A DNA stretch of 58,885 nucleotides from contig CM097883.1 of assembly GCA_044892505.1 (NCBI GenBank), positions 135,413,116-135,472,000 on the forward strand, in the 5' to 3' direction. The notes under the pieces were generated by a model. The model was not told where the DNA came from. It saw only the letters and a program-made list of their open reading frames with translations, and did not search any database. The DNA comes from Schmidtea nova (taxonomy: Eukaryota). A program made the position numbers and the translations under genes. Below are positions 25,173-36,739 of this stretch, in pieces (within the stretch, counting starts at the first letter, position 1; every line of letters begins with the position of its first letter).

Positions 25173-26317
25173 TAAATATGAAAAAGGATAAAATAAATAA
25201 CATGATATTATAATTGTATTAATCAGCAAGTAATATTCATTAATACCTATAAATCATGGCGTAATTAACTCCTTTTCACAGATGGGGTATTTTAGGTGTA
25301 TTTTCAAACTCATTGCATTGATATAACAATTTGTTGTATGATATTTTTTTAAAAAAATCTGTCTGATGGAAATTAGTTTACCTATATCTTTTCAAGCAAT
25401 GAATTATTTATCCCCGTTTATTATTATTATTGTCATTATCATTATTATTATTATGAAGTTATTTATTACTATCATTATTATTATAATTATGCATTTTAAT
25501 TGCTCTTAAGAGCATTCTATTTTGAATGACACATTTTGTGTCTTGATTTAGAAAATTGCTCTTCAAGAGAATTTTATGACGCCTCGCGTTGAAAAATAAA
25601 GAAAACCTCTTTACACTGACGCATCGCGTTGAAAAATAAAGAAAACAATTTTTAAATTTGTATTAATTAACCCCTATAGGGCATTTTAATTAATTAAATT
25701 AATTATATATATTTGTATGGGGGGTCCTGACCCGGGATAATATTTGGCGATGACAGTGAATCTGTTGAAATATATTTATAAAATTTTCCTGATGGTAGTA
25801 GTGAATTTATCGAAATATATTTACTGCCATGTACAATTGTTATTTATTGAAAATCTTTTATTGAAAATGACAAAATAAATTATTCCCCAAGCCTCATAAA
25901 AATCATTAAAAAATTACAAAACAAAATACATAAAATAATATTATCAATTGATCAAATAAATCATATAATTGTCATCAATATACAATCAACAGTAAATTAG
26001 AATCACTAAAAACATAATGTCATTGAAGTTGATATTTTCTATTGATTATTGAATTGTCATTGCCATCTGATCCACATGTTTATTTATCCTGTACCTTCCA
26101 TTCCCTACTGTATAATATTTTAATTTTAAAACCCTTATTCTACGCCCATCTTCTAACAGGCATATTAATTTGTTAGGGGAGGTATGAGATTTTGTATATT
26201 TTTGTTATAGTTTTTTAAATTAAAAATTAAAATTATTTTCCAAAAAAAAATTATAATTATAAAAAATTCTTCAAATTTTAAACTTATTTTATTTATCATG
26301 TATTTATATTATAGTAT

Positions 26318-27415
26318 TGTTAGGATTTGGCGTTGTTGGTGAAATGGTAAAAGTTACCAATCAAATATCTGACTCCAAGCGTGCCTTTAATTGACCCCAA
26401 TAACAATTAACACAGGAAACTTTATTGAATATTACAAATATTGTCTTTAACACTGAATTGGCCAAAATCAACAGACCATCAATAATTTATACGGTGCTTA
26501 TTAAGACACGATGGTGAAGAAAAGCACTTTGTATAATCTTGGCTCAAACGATCACTCACCACTGATGGATACAACAATTGGTAATTTGGCTGGTTGTTTT
26601 CTTTATTTGACTTGGATTTACTCGGAACTTTATTCGATTGTAAACTGAATCAGCTCCTGTTGTCTATTTTTTCTGAGTTTCTTTTTAAGTCTTGTCTTGG
26701 GTTTCTGTACAATTCTCTTCACTTCTAATTCAATTATTCTATTTCACACCTTCTCCTTACAATATTCAGTTCACAGTTTCTCTAACAACTTTTGTTTCAC
26801 AACTTCGGTTCCCAATATTTTGTTTCACACTCCTCTAATAACTTCTGTAACAATTTCTTTCTACACTTCTGCTCTCAAATATGCTGTCTAAAATTCTAGC
26901 TTCTGTCTAACTCCTGTCTAAAATTCTCTCACTTCTTTCTAACTCCTGTCTAAAATTCTGATCTCTTTTGCTGCGTCTCTCCTTTTATATCTCGTCACTT
27001 TGTGGCACTTAATATTATCACTTGTTATTCCATTTTTTCCAACATAATTTCCCCTTCATTTTTCCAGCACTGAGTTATCTCTGACAGCCGTCAAGATAAC
27101 CTCTGTTTCCTTTTTGCCACTCCGACTTGTTTGATTTTTTGCCAACTTTATCTCTGACCGGTTGTCGAGATAAGATTCTTGTTGTTGTTTTTCCCAGTTT
27201 TCGAATTTTTCCTGGTTGCACTAATTAATTAGTGCTAACCTTTGTTTTTTTTCCTGTCTGATTTCTTTTTTCTGATTCCTCCTCCTCATTTCTCATTTCT
27301 TTTTATTTCCGTTTTCTTTTCCAAGCTCCTATCAATCGAGTCATTCCCCATGACGATTTCCCCCAAGTAATTTTGTTTATTTATTATATTATTTCTAATT
27401 TAGGTATCCTCAACA
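26318..27415 (-). repeat. 3' LTR (1098 bp)
   Basis: TGTTAGG..CCTCAACA; near-identical to 33942-34609 except for an extra 26662-27107. Minus-strand PPT AAATGGGGAG immediately adjacent (~27419-27428). Confidence 0.92.
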
Positions 27416-28908
27416 TAACTCCCCATTTAAAAAAAATTCGTCCTCGAATTGGTTATTTAATTTGTTCTTATTGTAATACCCCAAAATTCATATTTTCCAT
27501 TAAGGTCTTTCTATAAAATTAATTTATTCACATTTATAGTATAAATAATAGTTAATGATAATAATAATAATATTTACAAAAATACTTATCGTTACTACCA
27601 CAATTGATAATACAGTAATTCTAATCCTAATAATAATAATAATATATCCAACATTACCTTAACAATAATTCATACGATTTAGTTTCAATATCTGTTCTAC
27701 TGATATAGGAAATAACAATGGTACGGAATAGAGTATAATCAAAACGAAGTATATTGTCACTCGTCAAGATTTACTACTTACAATATCATCGCATGTTTGT
27801 GATTATGTATAATAATAATAAAAATAGTAATGCAATACCAATAACAATTGTAATAATAATTATAGTAACAATAACAATAACAATAGTACTAATAATAATA
27901 AAATCAACTAATAATAATTACAATAACAATAATAATAATTACAATAATACCAATAATATTAATAATGATGATAATAAAATTGTTCTAGTAATAACACTAG
28001 TAATAATAATTAATTAATAAATTTAATAAATTGCATTTTAATTTGTTTGCATGTTTAATTTGGAATTTGAATCACAATAAAAATGTTTATGTTACACAAA
28101 TTTGCAATAAATTATTTGATTTATTAATTCTACAGTTTAAAAATAACACGACAAATTTTTAACCGCTCATTTGTATAATTTTTTTTTAAAAATTTTTCAA
28201 ATGAATGTTTGTCAATTTGACATTTATTGCTGCATTTATTTCTGCATTACCGTGTAAAACAGGCTAATACTGTTCTAGATTTTCCAGTTGCACAATTGAC
28301 TATCACAGCTACTGCTTTGAATCACTGATTATGCTTGTGACTTTATGCTGGGCTGACTTTATAGCATACCACACACTGTATATAGCTATAAGTTTAACCT
28401 GTATCTTATGCCAACTTAAATAAATGAGCCTATTCCATTGAAGACATTCACTATACTGCATACATCGAACTGTTTAGTTATTTATCAGATTTTATTGCAT
28501 AAACAATCTGACAAAAATGACAAATTATTTAACTTCTTTTTTTTAAAAATTCAGCCATTTCAAGAAGCTTTTCCCACTAATTTCACTCACAACCTCATAT
28601 TTGCCGCACATAGCAACTACCGAGACTTCTTCAATATTTCACAAACCACGTATGGATTGTGTGCGCTTGATTTCTCCAAAATTGGCGGAACTTATGTGCC
28701 TTAAATGATTTGCTCTATTTTGTTTGTGTGTGACATTCATGTCCAAAAGACAACTTTTTTTTCAATCGTTTTGATTTAAGTGGAAAAATTTCAAATTCTG
28801 TGGCATTTTTATTCTTTGCATTTTCCCAATATTGTCCATCGGAAATTGCCAATATTAAATTCAACAAGCCTATCAAAGCTGCAACAGCTGCTGCCTCCCC
28901 TCGAAACT

Positions 28909-29010
28909 ATGGAGAACTCTCACGTCAAGACCGTCGATGAAGTGCTCAATCATTTCAATGACGATGAAGATGTCGGTTCGATCTACGCATAAGTTAAAAG
29001 ATTATAATGG
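28909..29010 (+). pseudogene. Fragment of the SERCA Ca2+-ATPase N-terminus inside the LTR element
   Basis: MENSHVKTVDEVLNHFNDDEDVGSIYA*VKRL versus recalled SERCA2 [32 protein letters not shown]. The TAA sits at the conserved Gln; similarity ends after ~34 codons. Confidence 0.8.
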
Positions 29011-29596
29011 TAGTTTATACTTTTGTTTTTTTTCGAAATTTTTTTTTATTAATTAATAATGATTATAAATAATAATAATAATGATGATATTAATAATAAT
29101 ATTAATATTATGACAATAATAATACTAGTATAAAATGAAATAATACTAGTAGTAATAATATTAATAATAATACTAACATTAATAACATTCTTGTTAACTT
29201 GAATTTATTTTATGATATTTTTTATTCTTACTTTATTTTATAATTTTAATTATTTACTATTCTGATTTTATTATTTTGTATAAATACATTTACTTTATTA
29301 CACTTACCTACCCACCCTTACCATAGGTGTTATTAATTAATTTAAATTATCCCACCAGCTGGTTACGCCTGTGCTGCAGGCTGATAGGGTAATTGGTTTT
29401 GAGAATCCAAATCCCGAAGTTCGAGATCTGCACTCTGAAAACCCTATAATCAGATTGTTTAATTAAAATTTTTTACACCATTATTATATTAAATATATAT
29501 TTTTATTTATACTTAATTACATATTTATATTACCTGAGTAACGTCCTATCGGACTTCTACTACAGGCGTAATAGTATCGTAATTCCTATTATACTC

Positions 29597-29597
<1 letters not shown>

Positions 29598-29656
<59 letters not shown>
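29598..29656. repeat. (TA)n microsatellite
   Basis: Uninterrupted TA run. Confidence 0.95.
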
Positions 29657-29659
<3 letters not shown>

Positions 29660-29887
29660 CGTATATTTTATCATTACTATACAATTAATTAATTGATACA
29701 TCTAATTTTTTTTCCACAGAAATTAATTTTACTCAAGGAACTATGGGACTATGAATTTAATTTTTCGCAGAAATTAATATTTACTATTTTATTTTTTTTT
29801 TGAATTTTTTTACTACTTAGACAATTTTGGGATATTAATAATATTTTTGGGGAAATTAATAACAATAAGACTTTCTTTAATAAAATT

Positions 29888-31434
29888 TTATTTATCAATT
29901 ACAACTTTGATAGTTTGGTTTCTTCCTCTATACGTGACTACAACCTTTGTCGCTTCCAATTCCTCACCATTGAATGTGATCACCTTATCGACCACTATTC
30001 ATTCTTTTGTTTGATTTCCTTTTTCAACACTGTTTTGTTGTATCATTGTTTTGTCCATCTCCACAATTGCATTTTTAAATAAATCAAGTTTTTTCTCAAC
30101 CAACATTTTCGCAGTTTTCTCACGAGCAATATGCATATGTTCCACCATATGAATGTCTTGTTCCATTCGCTGAACTTCAGCTTTCTTTTTCTCTTTTGGT
30201 TCCTCCTTCTGCTCACTGGTTGTTAGAGCCTTTCTTTTCCTATACTCTTCTAACGAATATTTTCTTTTACTGGCCGTCTCCTCATTTTCCACATCATCCT
30301 GCCATTAACTTTCTAAGGCCCAATAAATTATTCGTATTGCGTCCATATCTTCTAATGCGGAATGCTTTCCTTTCTGCATTTTTATGTCGCACACTTCTTC
30401 CGCGACTATTGACAATTTAAACCATTGTCCATTGATACTTACTTTTCTCTTCAATAGGGCGTTTGCTCGAGCTAGATCGAGGATGCCCCATAATTCATGT
30501 ATATTGTCACCGCTGTATAATAATTCGTTTCTTAAATCGTGCCCAACTAAAATCTGTCTAGCCGTCAATTCTCTAATTTTCTTTGCACTTGCATACTGAT
30601 CTTCTTGATTTCTGGCCATTTTCTCGGAAATTCCGTGTATTTGAGTCACGAAATTTTTCAACTTTTCCCGGGGTGTTATTAAAGAATTATACCATATTTT
30701 TCCGGTATAATCTATTAAACATATTGAGACTGGTACCATTTGATTTTTCTCATTCACCCCATATTCTGCATCCATGAACAGAATGTTTCTTCTAATTTCT
30801 TCTTTTGTCATCGGCTTTCTCAAAAATGACTTCCTGTATTTCAGCATTTCTTCTGATATTGGAAGTAGCTTACTTTCCTCCTCCTTGGATATTATTTGTT
30901 CCAATTTAAGAATTTTTGGAGCTGGTCCCCTGCATTCTAATGCAATGCAAGCAGTTCCATTGGCTGCTAGCATTTTTTATGCCATATTTCTTCAGCTATC
31001 TTCCATGATGAATTGGCCGTCATTGTTAGCAGGATAGTGCCATCATTTTCTAAAATTTCTATCCTTCCTTTAAAAACGTGGACCTCCCATGTCTCATCGT
31101 TTTTCCTTACCAATAACTCTGAAAATTTGGCGTTGGATTTTCATTCCAACTCTACCATACATATTCTCATTTCTTCATTCCCTAATCTCGTCCAATTCGG
31201 AATTTTCAAGTTTTCTTCTATCACAATAACTTTGTCCGTATAGTTTCTATTTTCATTATAATACTTCTCATACAGCCTCGTCGGTTTCTCTATTTTCTCC
31301 ATTCTTTCCTTCGTTTGCTTTTTGATTTGATACTCTTTTGATTTTTTGAATTTCCAAGTCAAATTTTGAAAACAACCGCCAATTTTATACCCAAAAATTC
31401 TCTCTCTTAGTATTGAGATTATTCGACTTATCAA
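29888..31434 (-). pseudogene. ~500-codon gene with central DEDDh (REXO4/ISG20-like) 3'-5' exonuclease
   Basis: ExoI FMDAEYG, ExoII LVGHDLRNEL, ExoIII HSALEDMDA. Track ORFs 31141-31434, 30305-30973 and 29999-30292 join across TGA 31141, a frameshift near 30975, and in-frame TAA 30305 and TGA 29999 to a final TAA at 29888. Confidence 0.85.
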
Positions 31435-32463
31435 ATCACATCCGAATAAATTTAAATATAAAAATAAAAATTTACAATGAAAAATATCATTTATTATACT
31501 ACATCAGAGTTCATTGAAAAGAAATAAAGATAATATCATAATATCATGCAATACAATAGAATCTTACTAAACCAATGTTTCTAACCACGTAAATGCCTGC
31601 GGTTCACAATAGCTCAAATCAAACATAGGGTAGTTTCTTTTGTCAGTCTTTGAAAATGATAATAATGTAAATGAATAGAACACCGCTTGGGATTGTCATG
31701 ATTACGCATATAAAAATATATCTACACCATTGTCATTTAAAGAGTTTTTTCTATAGATCAGTGTCTTTTTATCAACTGATGAAAGAGTCAATGCTTGAGT
31801 TGAACTTCTGTTGCCTTTCTGACTTCCAACTTTATGAATTTCATCCATCATCGGTTTAATTTTAACGAAATTTCTCCACTCTTCTTCGCACATGTGAGTT
31901 TGTATTAGATTTTACTCAAGCAACCTTTCTTTATAAAATCAAAACAGAATTTGACCCTTGGTACTTTAAAAAATTTGAAACTTTACTCATTTCCTTTTTT
32001 TTCAAACGACCTCAAAATATTTAGTCAATTAAATTCAAAATACATTGGGCATTTTTGTTCAATACTACTGCAAAAATTGGAATGTAATAAAATTTATTGT
32101 TCAATCATTTTTATTTAAATACTAATAATAACTAAAATAATTTTATCTTTCGCAAAGTTCAATCTCATTAAATTAACGTTTGACAGCATACTAATAGCTT
32201 CTCATCAGATTTAATTTCACTTCATTACAAATTGACAATTCCCTACTCACACCTGCAAAGTAAAATTTTATTATCTAATTCTCCCTTGGACCCAATACGA
32301 TTTCCACATTTAAAATAAATAACACTGACGTAGACAATCACTGGAATGCAAATGTAATTCTTTAAGGATGAACTTATATACTCAAAATGATATCTCATTA
32401 TTTCTTCTTTATGTCTACTCTCGTAAAACTTTAACTGAATCCATATTAATTTAATAATCACTA

Positions 32464-32934
32464 TTATAAAACAATCAAACCTTTAAATCTTTCATCAATA
32501 GTACATACATGGCTTTTGAGCTTTCTCCATTCATCTTGAGCTTCCATAACTTCCAAAACAAATTTTTCATTGTTTCTGGTACTTGTTATCGACTCATTAT
32601 TGTAAATTGGTAAATACATATAGACTTTATCCTTTGTAACGGTTATGAGTTCATATGAGATGGATTCACTGAACACAATTGTTGCATAAGCATTAAATGC
32701 TCTGAGATCCGATAAATTTAAAATAAATCGATCATGGTCATCAAATGCATTTACTTCTTCTTTCGCTGAAACAAATTGAGGTGGGACAAAGGATTCATTA
32801 ACCAAATAAATATTTCCATTTTTTGTAAAACAACTCAATTCATACTGAACACTTTGCAATTCAACAACTGTATCATCTGACCAAAACTCGTGTTTTACAC
32901 TTCCATTATTGAATTTAAACTCCTTTTTTGTTAA
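32464..32934 (-). CDS. Unknown ORF in frame with and directly behind the gag stop
   Basis: The frame is open from the codon after the gag TAA (LTKKEFKFNNGSVKHEFWSDD..) to 32464. Confidence 0.5.
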   Translation of the reverse strand, partial: LTKKEFKFNNGSVKHEFWSDDTVVELQSVQYELSCFTKNGNIYLVNESFVPPQFVSAKEEVNAFDDHDRFILNLSDLRAFNAYATIVFSESISYELITVTKDKVYMYLPIYNNESITSTRNNEKFVLEVMEAQDEWRKLKSHVCTIDERFKGLIVL

Positions 32935-33609
32935 TTAACTTTTTCGATTATTCGTATCATAACAACATAAGAAAGGATTCGTTTCATTATCACAGGATTG
33001 ATCACCACTTTTATAGCAAGGTTCATTGTAATTTTTTATCACTTTATTCTTAATTAATTGCTGTTCAACCTTTGAAACTTTTCTTATTAAATCAAATACA
33101 TCATTAAATTCAATTAAACAAGTTATTTCTTTCAATGTTTTATTAATACCATTTAAAAACTTATCGATTATAAGATTTTTAACATTGTTATTGTCAACTG
33201 AGTTTACTCCAAATGCCTTTTTAGCTAATAAAATTAATTCATACCCATAATCAAGAACAGGTTCATATTTTTGTTTTCTTTTATAAATGTTTCTTCTCAT
33301 AATTCTTTTAACTTCTTTGCATACCAATTTATCTTCCATCGCATCATTTAATTTTGTCCACTCATTTCCGATTTTCTTTTTGTCAATCATACACCATGCA
33401 TCTCGAGCAACTCCAGTTAAATATAACGGAAATCTCTGTATAATTTTTGTCTCTGTCCACCCATAAGCTGTAGCATACATATGATATTCATTCATAAAAT
33501 CGAAAAATAAAAATGGATCTCCTCTGTATTGACCTATCGGTAATCTTTGAGAACTGGCAACATCATAGCATTTTTTGTTAACATAAACTAATAAATTTTC
33601 ACTATTCAT
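32935..33609 (-). CDS. Retrotransposon gag-like capsid protein (224 aa)
   Basis: YATAYGWTETKIIQRFPLYLTGVARDAW..RKQKYEPVLDYGYEL..KFLNGI, with degenerate knuckle CYKSGDQSC; lies downstream of the PBS. Confidence 0.82.
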   Translation of the reverse strand: MNSENLLVYVNKKCYDVASSQRLPIGQYRGDPFLFFDFMNEYHMYATAYGWTETKIIQRFPLYLTGVARDAWCMIDKKKIGNEWTKLNDAMEDKLVCKEVKRIMRRNIYKRKQKYEPVLDYGYELILLAKKAFGVNSVDNNNVKNLIIDKFLNGINKTLKEITCLIEFNDVFDLIRKVSKVEQQLIKNKVIKNYNEPCYKSGDQSCDNETNPFLCCYDTNNRKS

Positions 33610-33918
33610 TATTGATTCTCTTTAGTCTGATTTCATAATATTCATTTTAATAAATTATTTTCTCAAATTTCGCAAAATCTAAATTCAAATTTATTACAAC
33701 AATCAATAATTTACCTTTTCAAAATTTCGTTTAGTATTTTCTTTTCCTCAAAATTATTTTCACTATCTTTTCAACAAATTTTATTTCAATAATTCTCCAC
33801 CACTTTATTTCGCCGGATATATCACACTTACTTTTTCAAAAATCTCCTCACCAACGTTTGATCACGTCGGACTATGGTACAACTGTTTTTACTCAAAAAT
33901 ATTTTCACCAACCTTCGA

Positions 33919-33936
33919 ATCACGTCGGGCTCACCA
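33919..33936 (-). promoter_or_regulatory. Primer-binding site, tRNA-Trp type
   Basis: TGGTGAGCCCGACGTGAT, 17/18 match to the classical tRNA-Trp PBS TGGTGACCCCGACGTGAT; 5 nt from the LTR end. Confidence 0.88.
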
Positions 33937-33941
33937 AATAA

Positions 33942-34609
33942 TGTTTGGTTCTGGGGTTGTTGGTGAAATGGTAAAAGTTACCAATCAAATATCTGGCTCC
34001 AAGCGTGCCTTTAATTGGCCCCAATAACAATTAACACAGGAAACTTTATTGAATATTACAAATATTGTCTTTAAAACTGAATTGACCAAAATCAACAGAC
34101 CAGCAATAATTTATACGGTGCTTATTAAGACACGATGGTGAAGAAAAGCACTTTGTATAATCTTGGCTCAAACGATCACTCACCACTGATGGATACAACA
34201 ATTGGTAATTTGGCTGGTTGTTTTCTTTATTTGACTTGGATTTACTCGTAACTTTATTCGATTTTAAACTGAATCAGCTCCTGTTTCCTTTTTGCCGCTC
34301 TGGCTTGTTTGATTTTTTGCCAACTTTATCTCTGAGCGGTTGTCGAGAGAAGATTCATGTTGTTGTTTTTTGTTTTTCCCAGTTTTCGAATTTTTCGAAT
34401 TTTTCCTGTTTGCACTAATTAATTAGTGCTGACCTTTGTTTTTTTTCCTGTCTGATTTCTTTTGTCTGATTCCTCCTCCTCATTTCTCATTTCTTTTTAT
34501 TTCCGTTTTCTTTTCCAAGCTCCTATCAATCGAGTCATTCCCCATGACGATTTCCCCCAAGTAATTTTGTTTATTTATTATATTATTTCTAATTTAGGTA
34601 TCCTCAACA
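33942..34609 (-). repeat. 5' LTR (668 bp, internally deleted)
   Basis: TGTT..CCTCAACA; lacks the segment matching 26662-27107. Confidence 0.92.
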
Positions 34610-34942
34610 GTATAAAGTAAACGTTCAAATTTTAATTTGTATAATAATTATACAAAATAAAATTTGAACGATTAATTTTTTGCAAAATAATTTAGCATTT
34701 CTCTATTTTTGTACATAATTATTTCTATTTAATTATGTTTGTTGAAATCAAGTAGGTTTTGAAAAAATCAAATTTTATACATTTTTATATTCAAACATTG
34801 GGAATTGTTGCTAATAGTTGCACTTTATTTTAACCAATTCTACTTAATTGGTAATTTTCAAAATTGAGTACATTTTTATATTCAAGTTTAGTAATAGTTT
34901 ATATTGGCTGCTGACAGCTGCATTTCTTTTAGCTTTTTTTAA

Positions 34943-36720
34943 CACTTTGACAGCCGGATTCACATTTATGTGACTTCAATTTGCTAGCGGTTGTCGGTCG
35001 GCATCAAGTTTATGTGACTTAATTTTTCTGGCGGTTCTCGGCCGGCATCACGTCTATGTGACTTCAATTTCTGGCGATTGTCGGCCTGAATGATGTGGCT
35101 TCGCTTGATTAACGGTTATCAGTTCGCATTTATTTATTGTGATATTTGTTTTTACTGGTTATCTCGGAAAATAAATATTCGCATTGTCATTTGTTGGATC
35201 TAATTTCACTGTGTCTCGGGCTTTTTTTAAAATTTCTTAAACATTAAAAGACTTAATTTAAAGGGATTAAATAAATATCCTAAAAATGTGTGAAAGTGAT
35301 GACGAGGTGTACGCTGATAATCTATCAGATACTAGCGATCAATTATCAGATATCAGTGATGAAGAATCAGACAGCGGAAGTGAGATTGGAGTCAGAAGGA
35401 TGGTAAATCTGCTTAGGCCAGTAATAGATGATGATGATTTCGATGAAGAGGAGAATAATTCCAACGAAGAGGAAGTTGAATGGTCATGCCAGGACAGTGT
35501 TGTCAATATACAAAATTGTGTGGAAGAATCAGGAGTACAAATATCACTTGGTAATTGCAATATACGCTCAGCTGCGGAACTTCTCCTCGGAGATGATTTC
35601 TTGAACTTATTTGTAACAGAAACTAATCGCTATCATGAGCAACGGAAAATGATTCTGAAATAAACAAAAATAAAAAGTGGACTGATGTAGATATCGATGA
35701 AATGAAAAAATTTTTGGCTTTAATAATTTTAATGGAATTAGTAAAAAAACTGAAAAAGATGAGTATTGGTCAACAAATCCACTAATCTGTACTCCAATTT
35801 TCGGAAAAGTGATGACCAGGAATAGATTTCGCCAAATATGGCGATACTGGCCTTTTAGTAATAATGAGGATTGTCGAGAGCGATTAGATAAAATTAAGCC
35901 AGTGGTAAGATATTTTCAAAACAAATTTTAAACAATTTATAAACCGACAAAGGAATTGTTTTTGGATGAAGCTATTATACCATGGCGGGGAAGGCTTTCC
36001 TTTCGAGCCTATAATCCAGCTAAAATTATCAAATATGACATATTAGTACGTATGGTCTACGAGGCTCGTTCTGGATATATATGCAACTTCGAAATATATT
36101 GTGCTCAAGGAATAAAATTGCAAGAGACAATTATTTCTGTATTATCACCATACCTCAATTTGTGCATGAAATCTATATGGATAATTACTACAACAGTGTA
36201 GCAGTTTCAGTAGAATTACTAAAAAAGACCAATGTCTGCGGAACATTACGGAAGGATAGAGGTGTACCCCCATGTTTGAAAAACATAAATTTAAAGAACC
36301 CTAATACGGAGTTTAGAAGAAAAGGCAATATCCTAATCCAAGCTTTCAAAACGAAAAAAAATATTATAAATTATTTCAACGATAAATTCAGCAAATATGG
36401 TTGATATCACGCACCCTTAGACCAAAAAAACCGTTGAAAAACAGACGTGCATAGTAGAGTACAACAAGTACATGAAGGGTGTAGACCGCGCTGACCAGTA
36501 CTTATCTTATTCTTCAATTTTACTAATAACAAAAAAATGGACGAAGAAAACTGTTTCGTATTTCATAAATGCAGCAAATCGATTAATTAAAGTTAATGGA
36601 AAATTGAAGGGTGCCCCGGGGAAAGAAGCCGCAAATCCACTTAGCGGCAACTCCCACTTAATTTTGTAATTGACAGATCCATTAAGGTGTGACAGAAACA
36701 ATCGAAAAATCACTATAAAA
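34943..36720 (+). mobile_element. piggyBac element, decayed, right end missing
   Basis: TTAA|CACTTTGACAGCC left end with subterminal ..atgtgacttcaattt.ctggc repeats. Transposase from 35286: acidic N-terminus, ETNRY, DEYWST, MTRNRF, LDEAIIPWRGR, YMDNYY, YNKYMKGVDRADQ. Confidence 0.9.
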
Positions 36721-36739
36721 GGCAAGTCAAAATTTCATC

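Larger units (their letters stand above)
26318..34609 (-). mobile_element. Bounded LTR retroelement lacking protease/RT/RNaseH/integrase (8292 bp)
   Basis: Two TGTT..AACA LTRs, GTAT TSD (26314-26317, 34610-34613), tRNA-Trp-type PBS next to the right LTR and a PPT next to the left LTR. Internal gag, but no pol motif found in any frame. Confidence 0.92.

Noticed and set aside
27754-28017. Asn/Ile-rich ORF
   Set aside because: Translation of an (AAT)n microsatellite-rich tract.
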